In this document: piece after piece, positions 45,883-58,100 of the stretch
Numbering within the stretch: the first letter of the stretch is position 1
Layout of the letters: each line of letters opens with the position of its first letter
Assembly: GCF_001194135.2 (NCBI RefSeq)
Contig: NC_068981.1
Span: 17,881,382 to 17,945,381 of the forward strand
DNA length: 64,000 nucleotides
From: Octopus bimaculoides
Lineage: Eukaryota
Reading direction: 5' to 3'
The notes under the pieces: generated by a model
Told to the model about the DNA's origin: nothing
The model's database searches: none
The model's input: the letters and a program-made list of their open reading frames with translations, nothing else
Translations under genes and position numbers: made by a program

Positions 45883-48800
45883 CTGCATGAGGAAGAAAAG
45901 AAAAAGAAACAACACCAGTAGAGAAGTTAAAAAGGGAAACAGAACATGTTGAACCTACTTTACTGAGTAACATTCTTCCCTCTCTAAATCTAACAGTGAT
46001 ATGAATATCAGCAACTTCTGAGTTCAGTTTCAGATGACGTTCACTTTCATATCTATCCCTCAGAGGTCATTAAAATAAGCTATAGTTAAGTATCTGGTCA
46101 AATTCCACCCAACAGTCATAAACTTAATAATAATAATAATAATAATCCTTTCTACTATAGACACAAGGCCTGAAATTTTGTGGGAGGAGACTAGCTAATT
46201 AAGGCTAGTGATGAACTGGTATTCAATTTGTTGATCCTGAAAGGATGAAAGGCAAGTCGACCTCATTGGAATTTGAACTCAGAATGTAAAAACAGACAAA
46301 ATGTCACTAAGTATTTTTCCTGGTGTGCTAACAATTTTGCCAGCTCACCACTAATACTAATAAATACCTTGATGCAGAACCAAGCAGTGGCTCTCATAAA
46401 TGCCTGGATGCAGAACCAGGCAGTGGCTCTCATGGCTTCTGATCTTGACTGATTGGAGGTGCTATCATGTACATTGTTTTGTCTTGGTATAAATGATGGG
46501 CTACAGCAAATATTCTGCTCAATACCACAGATTTGCTTGTCAGTAGCTTGACCATAACCAGTTAAGCATGTCCCTTAGTGGCTGACAATATGTGCATCTC
46601 TGATCACGAGCAGTAGTCGGGGAGCATCATAGCCATGTGTTGAGAGGAATTCTTTGGGGTTTGAATAATTCACCACTGGAAACATAGGTGTTTCATTCAA
46701 CGTCCTTAAACAACCCCTACTTAATTCAGGGACCTTTTGAGCAGGATGGGCTACTTGACTTGAAGAAAATTCTAAATGATGATGGTGATGATAATGTTTG
46801 TTTCACTGCATAACAACAGGTAAAATTTGTCCCAGGTCTTCAAAGTCATATCACAGCAAGGGCTGGATTGTCATTTAGTGCAAGAAAAGATTATGAGTTT
46901 TAAACCAGAGACCTGACTCTTTAAAAATGCTTACAAAAGAATGGATGCAGCTAAAAGCATCCAAGTACCTGATGTTCAACACCATTCAGAGGGCAGCGTA
47001 AAACTGGGAGACATAAAGTCTATCGCCTAAATAGTAGGCCATGGTAGGATTTGAACTCATAAGGCAAAGAGGTGAAACAAATAATACAAGGCACCCTATC
47101 CAATTGTCAATTCATTGCCCAGAGTATTAGAAGTAGGATTAACAAATTGATTCCACTATATTCCAGTGATGATAGCAATAGATTAAGTGATAAACTGTGG
47201 TGCAGATTTTGAATGTCATTAAGACAATGGGCATGTTTTGTCTTAGACCCGGCTTTGGTCTAGCAAGACAACCACCAGAAGGATATTTCGATGTCGGTAC
47301 AGATGAAGTGGATATTTGTATTATCAACATCTTTTACACACATGATCCACCAAAGGGAACTTCTAGGTGGTTGTTCAGCCTGTTATATATAGCAGCAAAA
47401 TCTTTCACAAATCTGCCTCATCTGTCTTACAAAAAATGGAAAGACATACTGAATAATGTAGTCAATAGTATATGTCTTCTAAGATAGCAGAAAAGATGTA
47501 CGTGATAGAGCATCTTCGATCCTAGGTGTATTTAAGGTATAAGTCTCTATCTAACCCATGCTAGTAAGGAAAAACAGATGTAAAAAGAGTGTGTGGTTCA
47601 TTTCCCAGCCACATAGTTTTAGGTTCAGTACCACTGTGTGACACCATAGGCAAGTGTCTTCTATTATAGCCCTGGGCCAACCAAAGTCTGGTGAGTGGGT
47701 TTGGAATATGGAAACTGGAAGCCCGTCATATATATATTTATGTATATATATGTATCTGTGTTAGTGTCTCTTTGCCTTGACATCGTGTGATAGTTGTAAA
47801 TGAGTGTTCCCAATTCTCTGTAAAAATAAGCCCAGTCATGAGCAAATATTACCTTGCTTGGAAACAGGCTTAGCCTCAGGAAGGGTATTTGGTTGTATAA
47901 AATCTGCCTTAACAAATAATCTGATCCATGCAAGTACCATAAAATGATGATGATGACGATTCATGTCATGTTCCCTGCATCCCTCTCCAGCAGAGCATTC
48001 CTAATCTTGCAAGCTCATGGGTACTGGTGCCACGTAAATGCACCCATGCTGGTACTGTGTAAAAGCAGCCAGTACACTCTGTAAAGTGGTTGGTGTTAGA
48101 AAGGGCATCCAGCCACAGAAACCATGCCAAAACAGACATGAAACCTGGCCAGCCCCTGTCAAACCATCCGACCCATGCCAGCATGGGAAACAGATGATGA
48201 TGATATATACACGCCGCCTTACTGGCACTTGTGCCGGTGGCATGTGAAAAAACATTCGTGCGAGGTCGTTGCCAGTGCCGCTGGACTGGCTCCTGTGCAG
48301 GTGGCACGTAAAATACACCATTTTGAGCATGGCCGTTGCCAGTACCGCCTGACTGGTCTTCGTGCTAGTGGCACGTAAAAGCACCCACTACACTCTCGGA
48401 GTGGTTGGCGTTAGGAAGGGCATCCAGCTGTAGAAACTCTGCCAAATCAGATTGGAGCCTGGTGTAGCCATCTGGTTCGCCAGTCCTCAGTCAAATCGTC
48501 CAACTAATGCTAGCATGGAAGGCGGACGTTAAAAGATTATGATGATGATGATGATGATGATATATATACAGAGAGAGAGAGAGAGATGAAGTAGAAAACT
48601 ACCTTCAGTATCAATATCCATGTCAGAGCTAGTGTCAAATGACCGATGTCGTTTAGGATTTCCATCTGCACTTGTTCCATGTTTCCGTTTTTTAGCATCA
48701 TCCTGCAAAATAGAGAAATATGGAGATAAGAATATACTGACTATCAACTTTAAACATGGCTGCCTTAACAACAAGAATTTTCAGAATGGTGATGCTGGCA

Positions 48801-51800
48801 GTAATACAATTGCTACGGTGATGGTGCTGGTAGTTGAGTTGTCATGGTAAGAATGGTGGTGTGGTTAGGGTGATGATATTGTAATGCAGTTGTTATGGTT
48901 ATATTGTAGTTGTGCATGGCTTAGTGGTTATGGTGTTGGACTCATGATCGTAACATTATGGTTTCAATTTCCGGGCTAGGCGACACATTGTGTTCTTGAG
49001 CAAAACACTTCATTTCATGCTGCTCCACTCCACTCAGCTGGCAAAAAACGAGTAAGCCTGTGACGGACCGGTGTCCAGTCCAGATGGAGTATATATATAT
49101 GCCATAGAAACCGGCCCTTATGAGTCAGCATGACCCAGGAAGGTCAAGGCGGTGAGCTAGAAGAAACACTAGCAGGCCGGGCAAAATGCTTAGCGGTATT
49201 TTGTCTGTCTTTACATTTTGAGTTCAAATTCCGTCGAGGTTGACTTTGCCTTTCATCCTTCTGGGGTTGATAGATTAAGTACCAGTTGCGTACTGGGGTC
49301 AATCTAATTGACTAGCCTAACCCCAAAATTTCGGGCCTTGTGCCTAGAGTAGAAAAGGTTATTATTGTAGTTGTTATGGTGACTGTGTTAGTTATGAATT
49401 TGTGATTGTAGTGTGGTTGTTGTAGTGATAGTGGTAGGGTAGTTGAGATGATTGTGTTGGTTGTGTAGTTGTTATAGTAATAAAGGTTCGTAGTATAGTT
49501 GTTTGGTGATTATGGTAGTGATTGTAAGGTCACTATAGTAATATTGTTATTGTCTTCAAATGTTGGGCCTCACGGACGCTATGACAAGTGCCTGAAACCT
49601 TTGGAGATATACCATGCTTGAGAAGACCCGTCAAGCCAAGTGAAACCATGGTTGTGGTTGATGCCGGTGTTACATAACAGGAACCCACGTTGGTGGCATG
49701 TAAAAAGCCACCCTTCAAACATTGGGCCTCACAGAGGTGATAAGCGACCAAGATCTTTGTGCTTGAGAAGACTTGTCAAACCAAGGGGAATCATAGTTGT
49801 GGCCAATGTCAGTGTTACATAAATGGCACCCATGGTGGTGGCACATAAAAAAAGTGCCCATTACACTCTTGTAGAGGTTGGTATTAGGAAGGGCATTCAG
49901 CTGTAGAAACCATGCCAAATCAGCTTGGAATCTGGTATAGCTCTTCAGTTTACCAGTTTCAGTCAAACTGTCTAACCCATGCCAACATAGAAAGCAGACG
50001 CTAAGTGATGATGATGATGGTGGTGGTGGCGTTGGTTGCAGTGTATTTGCAGTGGCACAGAATTCCTTCAGAGACAGTTGTGGGAGTAGGAAAGGTGTAA
50101 AGTCATAAACTTCTCAGTGCAGTTAATTAACCAGTGCATAAAAACTTTAATTAACTGCAGCTTCTTAATTAGCTGAGTCAAAAGCTGAGAAGGGTTCTGT
50201 CTGAGATGATTTGTAAAAAAAAAAAAAAAGAGAAAAAAGGCACTGATGTCTTACTTTGTTGGAATGCAATACTGTTTTCAACTGATGTTCTTGGATTGGG
50301 GGTAGGTTATACTTGTAGTGTTCCTAAATAAAAAAAGAAAAAAGAAATAACAACAATAATTTGCAGTGAGGATTAGACAGTTCAGGATATGTAGCAGACC
50401 CCTGTTGGGAAATGAAATTGACACTTTGTGAGAACAAGGCCACTAAAGACTGTCTGTTTGGATGCAGATGATTTGGCATTGTTGACTGGACATTTAGCCT
50501 ATTTGGGTGAAAGTACTTTTGTTACTGTGTGCTGCATGAGCACAGAGAGAGAGAGAGAGAGAGAGAGATAAAAAGAGAGAGAGAGAGAGAGACTGCAGCC
50601 ATGCTGGGGCGGTGGTGGCACCACCACCATCGTCATTTAACGTCTGCTTTCCATGCTAGCATGGGTTGGACGATTTGACTGAGGATTGGCAAACCAGATG
50701 GCTGCACTAGGCTTCAATCTGATCTGGCAATGCTTCTACAGCTGAATGGGTGCTTTTTATGTGCCAGGTGGCACGTAAAAAACACCACTTGAGCGTGGCC
50801 GTTGCCAGTACCGCCTGACTGGCCCTCGTGCCAGTGGCACATAAAAAGCACCCACTACACTCTCGGAGTGGTTGGCATTAGGAAGGGCATTCAGCTGTAG
50901 AAAGACCTCAGTCAAACCATCCAACCCATGCCAGCATGGAAAGCAGACGTTAAACGATGATGATGATTACTTCGTGGATATAAGCTGGCACCTCATCACC
51001 ATTATTTTTATCTCTCTTACTCACACCACTCCATTCATGTTCATCCACCCATATATAATGTCAACTAGGTCTGAATCTTATCCGCAACAATAAACTTATT
51101 TTTGTCCCATGCATCATGCTTTAACCTTTAAACACTTTGCATAAAGCCATCTCCTTTCTATTCAAGGGGGATCTTTAAGTCTTGCAAAGTAGTTGGTATT
51201 AGAAAGACGATTCAGCCAAGATAGCAGCACAAAACGCAATTCTTAGGCTCATTGGTTTTCTGTCAAACTGACTGGCCCTCATGCCAGTGGCATGTAAAAG
51301 CACCCACTACACTCTCAGAGTGGTTGGTGTTAGGAAGGGCATCCAGCTGTAGAAACTCTGCCAGATTAGGTTGGAGCCTGGTGCAGCCATCTGGCTTGCC
51401 AGTCCTCAGTCAAATCGTCCAACCCATGCTAGCATGGAAGGTGGACATTACAGGACAGAAAATAGTCCTGTGAAGAAATTACTATAATGAATAATAAAAA
51501 ACAAAAATACTTACATCTCGAAAGCCTTCAGGAAGAGGAACAGTGAAACCTGGGTATTCAATAATTAGATTTGGGTCAATCTCATCTGCAAATAAAACAA
51601 AATGGTATGATGATAAAACTGAGAGGAGTATGAGTGTAATGTAACAAGATGGGATGAAAAATCTGGAACAGACCCAGGTAGAAACCTCCATAGAGACAAA
51701 GAACCCCTTCCAGAACAGGTTCCATACAAAAAGGTCAAGAACTTTACCTGTTCTGATACCTATGTACAGAACAGTCTAATTCTTCCTGGTCATGAAACTG

Positions 51801-54535
51801 TCACTTTTTCCTTAAAATGTTTAACATCTATTTATCTGTGAGTTGGATGGAAGGTATGGTTTCATCGTCCGAGTACTGCTAGATCCTTTTATCGACTGCT
51901 AAGTAGAGAGTTGAGCGTATATTTTGTTTAGTTGAGCATACTGCACAGTTAAATGCCATGCTCAGAAACACGATAAAAGTGGCTATTACTGGTTCACTCT
52001 GAATCTCTCCTCTAAATGTGATTAACCATGTAGCTCCTTTATAACAAGAACCTGCTCTACTTCACCTGTTTCTCTCACACCCGACCCTAATCTCCTAGCA
52101 TAACCCTCCACCACCACCACTTTTGTAGTACTGGGAGTTGCAATGGTGGCCTCACTTGAGTTGGTAGGATGAAAATAGAACTTATCACACACTGTTAAGT
52201 GGTTGGCATTAGGAAGGGGCATCCAGCTGCAGAAACTTTGCCAAAACAGATACAGGAACATGACCTATCAGATCCAGTCAAATGATGCCAGCATGGAACA
52301 TGGATATTAAATGATGGTGATGATGATGATAGTAAGATTAAGATATAAGATTTGAACTTATGACTATGAGACCAGTAGCCCAACACTTTGACCTCACAAC
52401 CATTGGGATTACATTTCTAAATTTCTAGATAAATTATTTCTGGATTAACAATTCTCTCATTGCTCAATTTAAGATAAGCATGCTGCAATCTAGTGATTGG
52501 CAGCTTTGGAAGGTCAATCTTAATGCAGGGAAAATATGGTACCTGAAGGTGACCAAAGATTATTCTTTTGTTGATCCCTATACTTCTTTTACTTCCTGGT
52601 GCTAATTCCACCAGCCCCTTTTTGCTAAACAGTGAAGGATAAACACAGACACACAATGAGCTTCTTCCAGTTTCCACCTACCAAATTCTCTCACAATGCA
52701 ATGATCAACCCAGGGCTATACAAGAATAAAAGACACTCGTCCAAAGTGCCATACAGTGGAATGGAACCTGAAACCACATTGTAAACTGAACTTCTTAACT
52801 AAACACCCGCACCCTGGTGCCTATCAGAGCAACTAAAAGGTACAATTTTTAATGATCTTAGTTTCGTAAATATGTTAAATTTTTTTTAGAGAAACTCCTG
52901 CTACACATAGTTACTTTCCTGCACTTCCCCCAGGTTGGGTAACTGTGTATTTCCTTTGTGGTAGCACACCTCTTTCTGTCTTTATTCCTGATCTTTCTCT
53001 CTATGGCCGGGTAACCTTGTACTTCCTCTACAGCAAGACACCTGTATCAGTCTCACTATAACCTTTCCATCATCCAACACAAGATTAGATCCTACGAAGC
53101 CTCCTCTCCTCTTAAAAGTTATTTTCTTTGTTTTGCAAGTACTTGGTGACCTTAAAAGCAGGCGCTACTTAAAAGCACCCAGTTCACATTGTAGAGTGGT
53201 TGGTGTTCTGAAGGGCATACAGCTGTAAAAACCTTGCCAAAACTGACCTCACCTGAGCCTGGGCCACGTAAAAAGCACTGCTCACCTCACTTGTATTTAT
53301 ACCATGTAAAAAGCACTAAGTCCACTCTGCTGAGTGGTTGGTGTTAGGAAGGCCAAAACAGTCACAGAAGTCTGGTACAGGCTTCTGCCTGGTTGGCTCT
53401 TGTGAAATCGTCCCACCCATGCTAGCATGAAAGGCGGACATTCAATGACGATGATGTTGGTTACTTACCATCTCCAGTTGTTGTCTGCTCAACTTCACCA
53501 TCTTCCAGAGTGTCACCAGAAACACCAACCTCTGAAATAAAACGCAAAGTCATCATCATGAAGCTGCTGAGATATAAGGGACAGCAATGTAATAAATAGA
53601 CTGTGATGAAACAGCTTCGACTGGGAAACATGCTTATGATTCAATGGGATTTCACTCACCAATGTTGTCAACTGCAATGTTTGGTTCATTTTATTGGGTT
53701 GTCCGGAAAGTTCGTGCCGATTTATAGTAGCTTACCTTTCGACTTATTTGCCCTGAAACCACCTCAATTCTGGGAAGAGGGTATTTTCAAGTTAAAGGAA
53801 AGATGGAGACGCATTGTGCAACAAAATGGTTCATATTTGGTTGATTAAAAATGTAATGGCAAGTATTTATTGACCTTTTTCTTTCCTTTAAAAATTGGCA
53901 CAAACTTTCCGGACAACCCAATAGTAATTTTTTAATATCTTTTATCTTTTACTTGTTTCACTCATTAAACTGTGGCCGTGCAGGGGCACTGCTTTGAAAA
54001 ATTTTCAATGAAAGCAATCAATCCTAGTACTTGTTATTTTCTTTTTCTTAAGTCTGGTACTTATTCTATTGGTCTCTGTTGCTGAACTGCTAAGTAATGG
54101 GGACGTAAACACACCAACAACAGTTGTCAAGTGATTGTGTGGGGACAAACACAGACACACACACACATCTACTTTTTTATTTGTTTCAGTCAATTGACTG
54201 CAGCCATGCTGGAGCACCACCTTTAGTTGAACAAATTGATCCCAGCACTCATTCTTTGTAAGCCTAATACTTATTTTATCGGTCTATGTTGCTGAACCAC
54301 TAAGTTACGGGGACACACACACACACACACATAAACACACCAGCATTGGTTGTCAAGTGATGGTGGGGTGGGGACAAAAACAGACACACAAATATATATA
54401 CAATGGGCTTCTTTCAGTTTTCATCTACCAAATCCACTCACAAGGGATGACATTTTCCCGAAGTGCCACACAGTGGGACTGAACCCTGGACTTGTGGTTG
54501 GTAAGCAAGCTGCTCACCACACAGCCACTCCTGTG

Positions 54536-54574
<39 letters not shown>

Positions 54575-55067
54575 NNNNNNNNNNNNNNNNNNNNNNNNNN
54601 NNNNNNNNNNNNNNNNNNNNNNNNNNNNNNNNNNNNNNNNNNNNNNNNNNNNNNNNNNNNNNNNNNNNNNNNNNNNNNNNNNNNNNNNNNNNNNNNNNNN
54701 NNNNNNNNNNNNNNNNNNNNNNNNNNNNNNNNNNNNNNNNNNNNNNNNNNNNNNNNNNNNNNNNNNNNNNNNNNNNNNNNNNNNNNNNNNNNNNNNNNNN
54801 NNNNNNNNNNNNNNNNNNNNNNNNNNNNNNNNNNNNNNNNNNNNNNNNNNNNNNNNNNNNNNNNNNNNNNNNNNNNNNNNNNNNNNNNNNNNNNNNNNNN
54901 NNNNNNNNNNNNNNNNNNNNNNNNNNNNNNNNNNNNNNNNNNNNNNNNNNNNNNNNNNNNNNNNNNNNNNNNNNNNNNNNNNNNNNNNNNNNNNNNNNNN
55001 NNNNNGTGCCAGCCCAGTCAAACCGTCCACCCCATGCCAGCATGGACAACGGACGTTAAATGATGAT

Positions 55068-55148
<81 letters not shown>

Positions 55149-58100
55149 TAGATAGATATATACGTACATACACACAACGGGCTTCTTTCAGTTTCTGTCT
55201 ACCAAATCCACACAAGACTTTGGCCAGTCTGAGTTTATAGAAGAAGACACTTGCCCAAGGTGCCACGCAGTGGGACTGAAACCCACTGTGTTTTCTAACA
55301 CATGCATGCACATGTGTGTGAGAAAGTGCAATTACAAACACTAACATATCAACATCACCCTCATCTTATTTATTTAGGTAATGGTTTTCAAATGGGTTAG
55401 ACAAAATTTACTTAGATGTGACGGTAGTTTTTAGGCCTTGGAAATGGTATGGAATAGGTCAGACAAATGGCGCAAGATCTTATAACCTAAGAAAGAAAAG
55501 AATAACAAATGCTTACGTTTGCCATGTTTATCAAATAAAGACATTCCTGATGCAGTCTTTGTCTTGGCTTCCTGTAGCCAGCCAGGAGGGTAGCCATAGA
55601 ACCTCATTTTGTATATATGAACGGGTACTGTGCTGGGGCCAAGTCTCATAGCTTCTCGCAAATTGTCACTGATAATTAATAGATAATTAATAGATAATTA
55701 ATAGATAATTCAATAGACGATCTTGATAAAAGACTTTTCTCACAAAACAATTAATAATGTGGAGGATGCAATAAAAGTGTGATGGTGTTGGAGCTGTAAA
55801 ACGAGTTGTAAAGTGAAAACAATTAAAGAGAAAGGAATAGAACCGTTCTTGGGATGCACGAACTGAAGAGGACTAGAAAATAGAACTTAGGTAAATTAAA
55901 AGAGTTGACAGGATCATATTAAGAAATACTAGAGGAGAGGAATAAAATACATAAAGAAAATATAATCAGTTTTGAGACAAAATATGGATGAAGCATTTGG
56001 AGATCAGAAAGTACATCTAAATAAAATGTGAATGAGACTAGAGAAAATTGGAAGTCATGTTGTACATAGAATATAGGAACTTCATATACAACTGAGAGAT
56101 TGTTTAAAAAACTAGAAAGGAAAACTTAACTTTAATGTCATTGAGTCTAGGGAGGGTCAATTTGCAGTAAAAATGCATGCACTGGTTCTATTTCACTTCT
56201 TTTTATTATAACTTGTCAGTTAGTTAACTAATTAACCAATTAACTAATCAATTACTTGATTAATTGATCGATCAATCAATCAATTGGTTTGCCAGAGTCC
56301 TTTCACTGCCATTCATGACATCATTAACAATGTGCGTTAGTTGTTGCAGGTCTGTCATCAACTGAACAATTAATTGATTAAATAAACAATCAAGTAATCG
56401 ATTAATTAGTTGGCAAGTAATAATGAAAAGAAGTGAAGTTGAGCCCATGTGTGTATTTTTATTGGCAATACGACCCTCCTAAGATACGATATCCATTTCA
56501 ACACTATTTCCCATGAAGAAATTTGGAAAACAAATAAATAACCTTAATGATTAAGGTGAACAGTAGAATAGAATAGATGTGGCTGAGTGTAAGAATCCAA
56601 AACTTACCTTAAATAACCAGGTTTAAAGGAAGAAAACCGTGAATCAGTTTCAGCATGGTAGCGAGAAGTTCTGTAATTTTGTAAAAAAAAATAAAAGCTT
56701 ACTAATTTCACAAAGGAATGAAAACTAGTTAAAATACAATATAAAACATGGGTCATTGGGATGTTACTAACAGACTGCTAATTTGTAGCGGAACTGAAAT
56801 ACTACTCATTTTAGATATTTCTCTTAAAATTATTTTAGATCATCATCATCATCGTTTAACGTCCGCTTTCCATGCTAGCATGGGTTGGGCAATTTGACTG
56901 AGGACTGGTGAACCAGATGGCTGCAGCAGGCTCCAATCTGATTTGGCAGAGTTACTTCAGCTGGATGCCCTTCCTAATGCCAACCACTCCGAGAGTGTAG
57001 GGGGTGCTTTTACGTGCTACCGGCACGAGGGTCAGTCAGGCAGTANNNNNNNNNNNNNNNNNNNNNNNNNNNNNNNNNNNNNNNNNNNNNNNNNNNNNNN
57101 NNNNNNNNNNNNNNNNNNNNNNNNNNNNNNNNNNNNNNNNNNNNNNNNNNNNNNNNNNNNNNNNNNNNNNNNNNNNNNNNNNNNNNNNNNNNNNNNNNNN
57201 NNNNNNNNNNNNNNNNNNNNNNNNNNNNNNNNNNNNNNNNNNNNNNNNNNNNNNNNNNNNNNNNNNNNNNNNNNNNNNNNNNNNNNNNNNNNNNNNNNNN
57301 NNNNNNNNNNNNNNNNNNNNNNNNNNNNNNNNNNNNNNNNNNNNNNNNNNNNNNNNNNNNNNNNNNNNNNNNNNNNNNNNNNNNNNNNNNNNNNNNNNNN
57401 NNNNNNNNNNNNNNNNNNNNNNNNNNNNNNNNNNNNNNNNNNNNNNNNNNNNNNNNNNNNNNNNNNNNNNNNNNNNNNNNNNNNNNNNNNNNNNNNNNNN
57501 NNNNNNNNNNNNNNNNNNNNNNNNNNNNNNNNNNNNNNNNNNNNNNNNNNNNNNNNNNNNNNNNNNNNNNNNNNNNNNNNNNNNNNNNNNNNNNNNNNNN
57601 NNNNNNNNNNNNNNNNNNNNNNNNNNNNNNNNNNNNNNNNNNNNNNNNNNNNNNNNNNNNNNNNNNNNNNNNNNNNNNNNNNNNNNNNNNNNNNNNNNNN
57701 NNNNNNNNNNNNNNNNNNNNNNNNNNNNNNNNNNNAAGGTCTCGGTCACTAGTCATTGCCTCAGTGAGGCCTAATGTTCGGAGGTCGTGCTTTACCACCT
57801 CATCCCAGGTCTTCCTGGGTCTACCTCTTCCACAGGTTCCCTCAACCGTTAGGGTGTGGCACTTTTTCACACAGCTATCCTCATCCATTCTTGCCACATG
57901 ACCATACCAGCACAGTCGTCTCTCTTGAGAAAGCACAAACAACAGACAACCTCAGGTAAACTGTCCTAAAACAGACACAAGAGCCCCAAACCCTTCTAAC
58001 TACAACTGTAGTCACCCTCACAGCAACCAGTGCTTACAGCTTGACAACAAATATAAGGATACTTCAAATACTCACTTGGGGTTATTACTCTGGCTATTTT

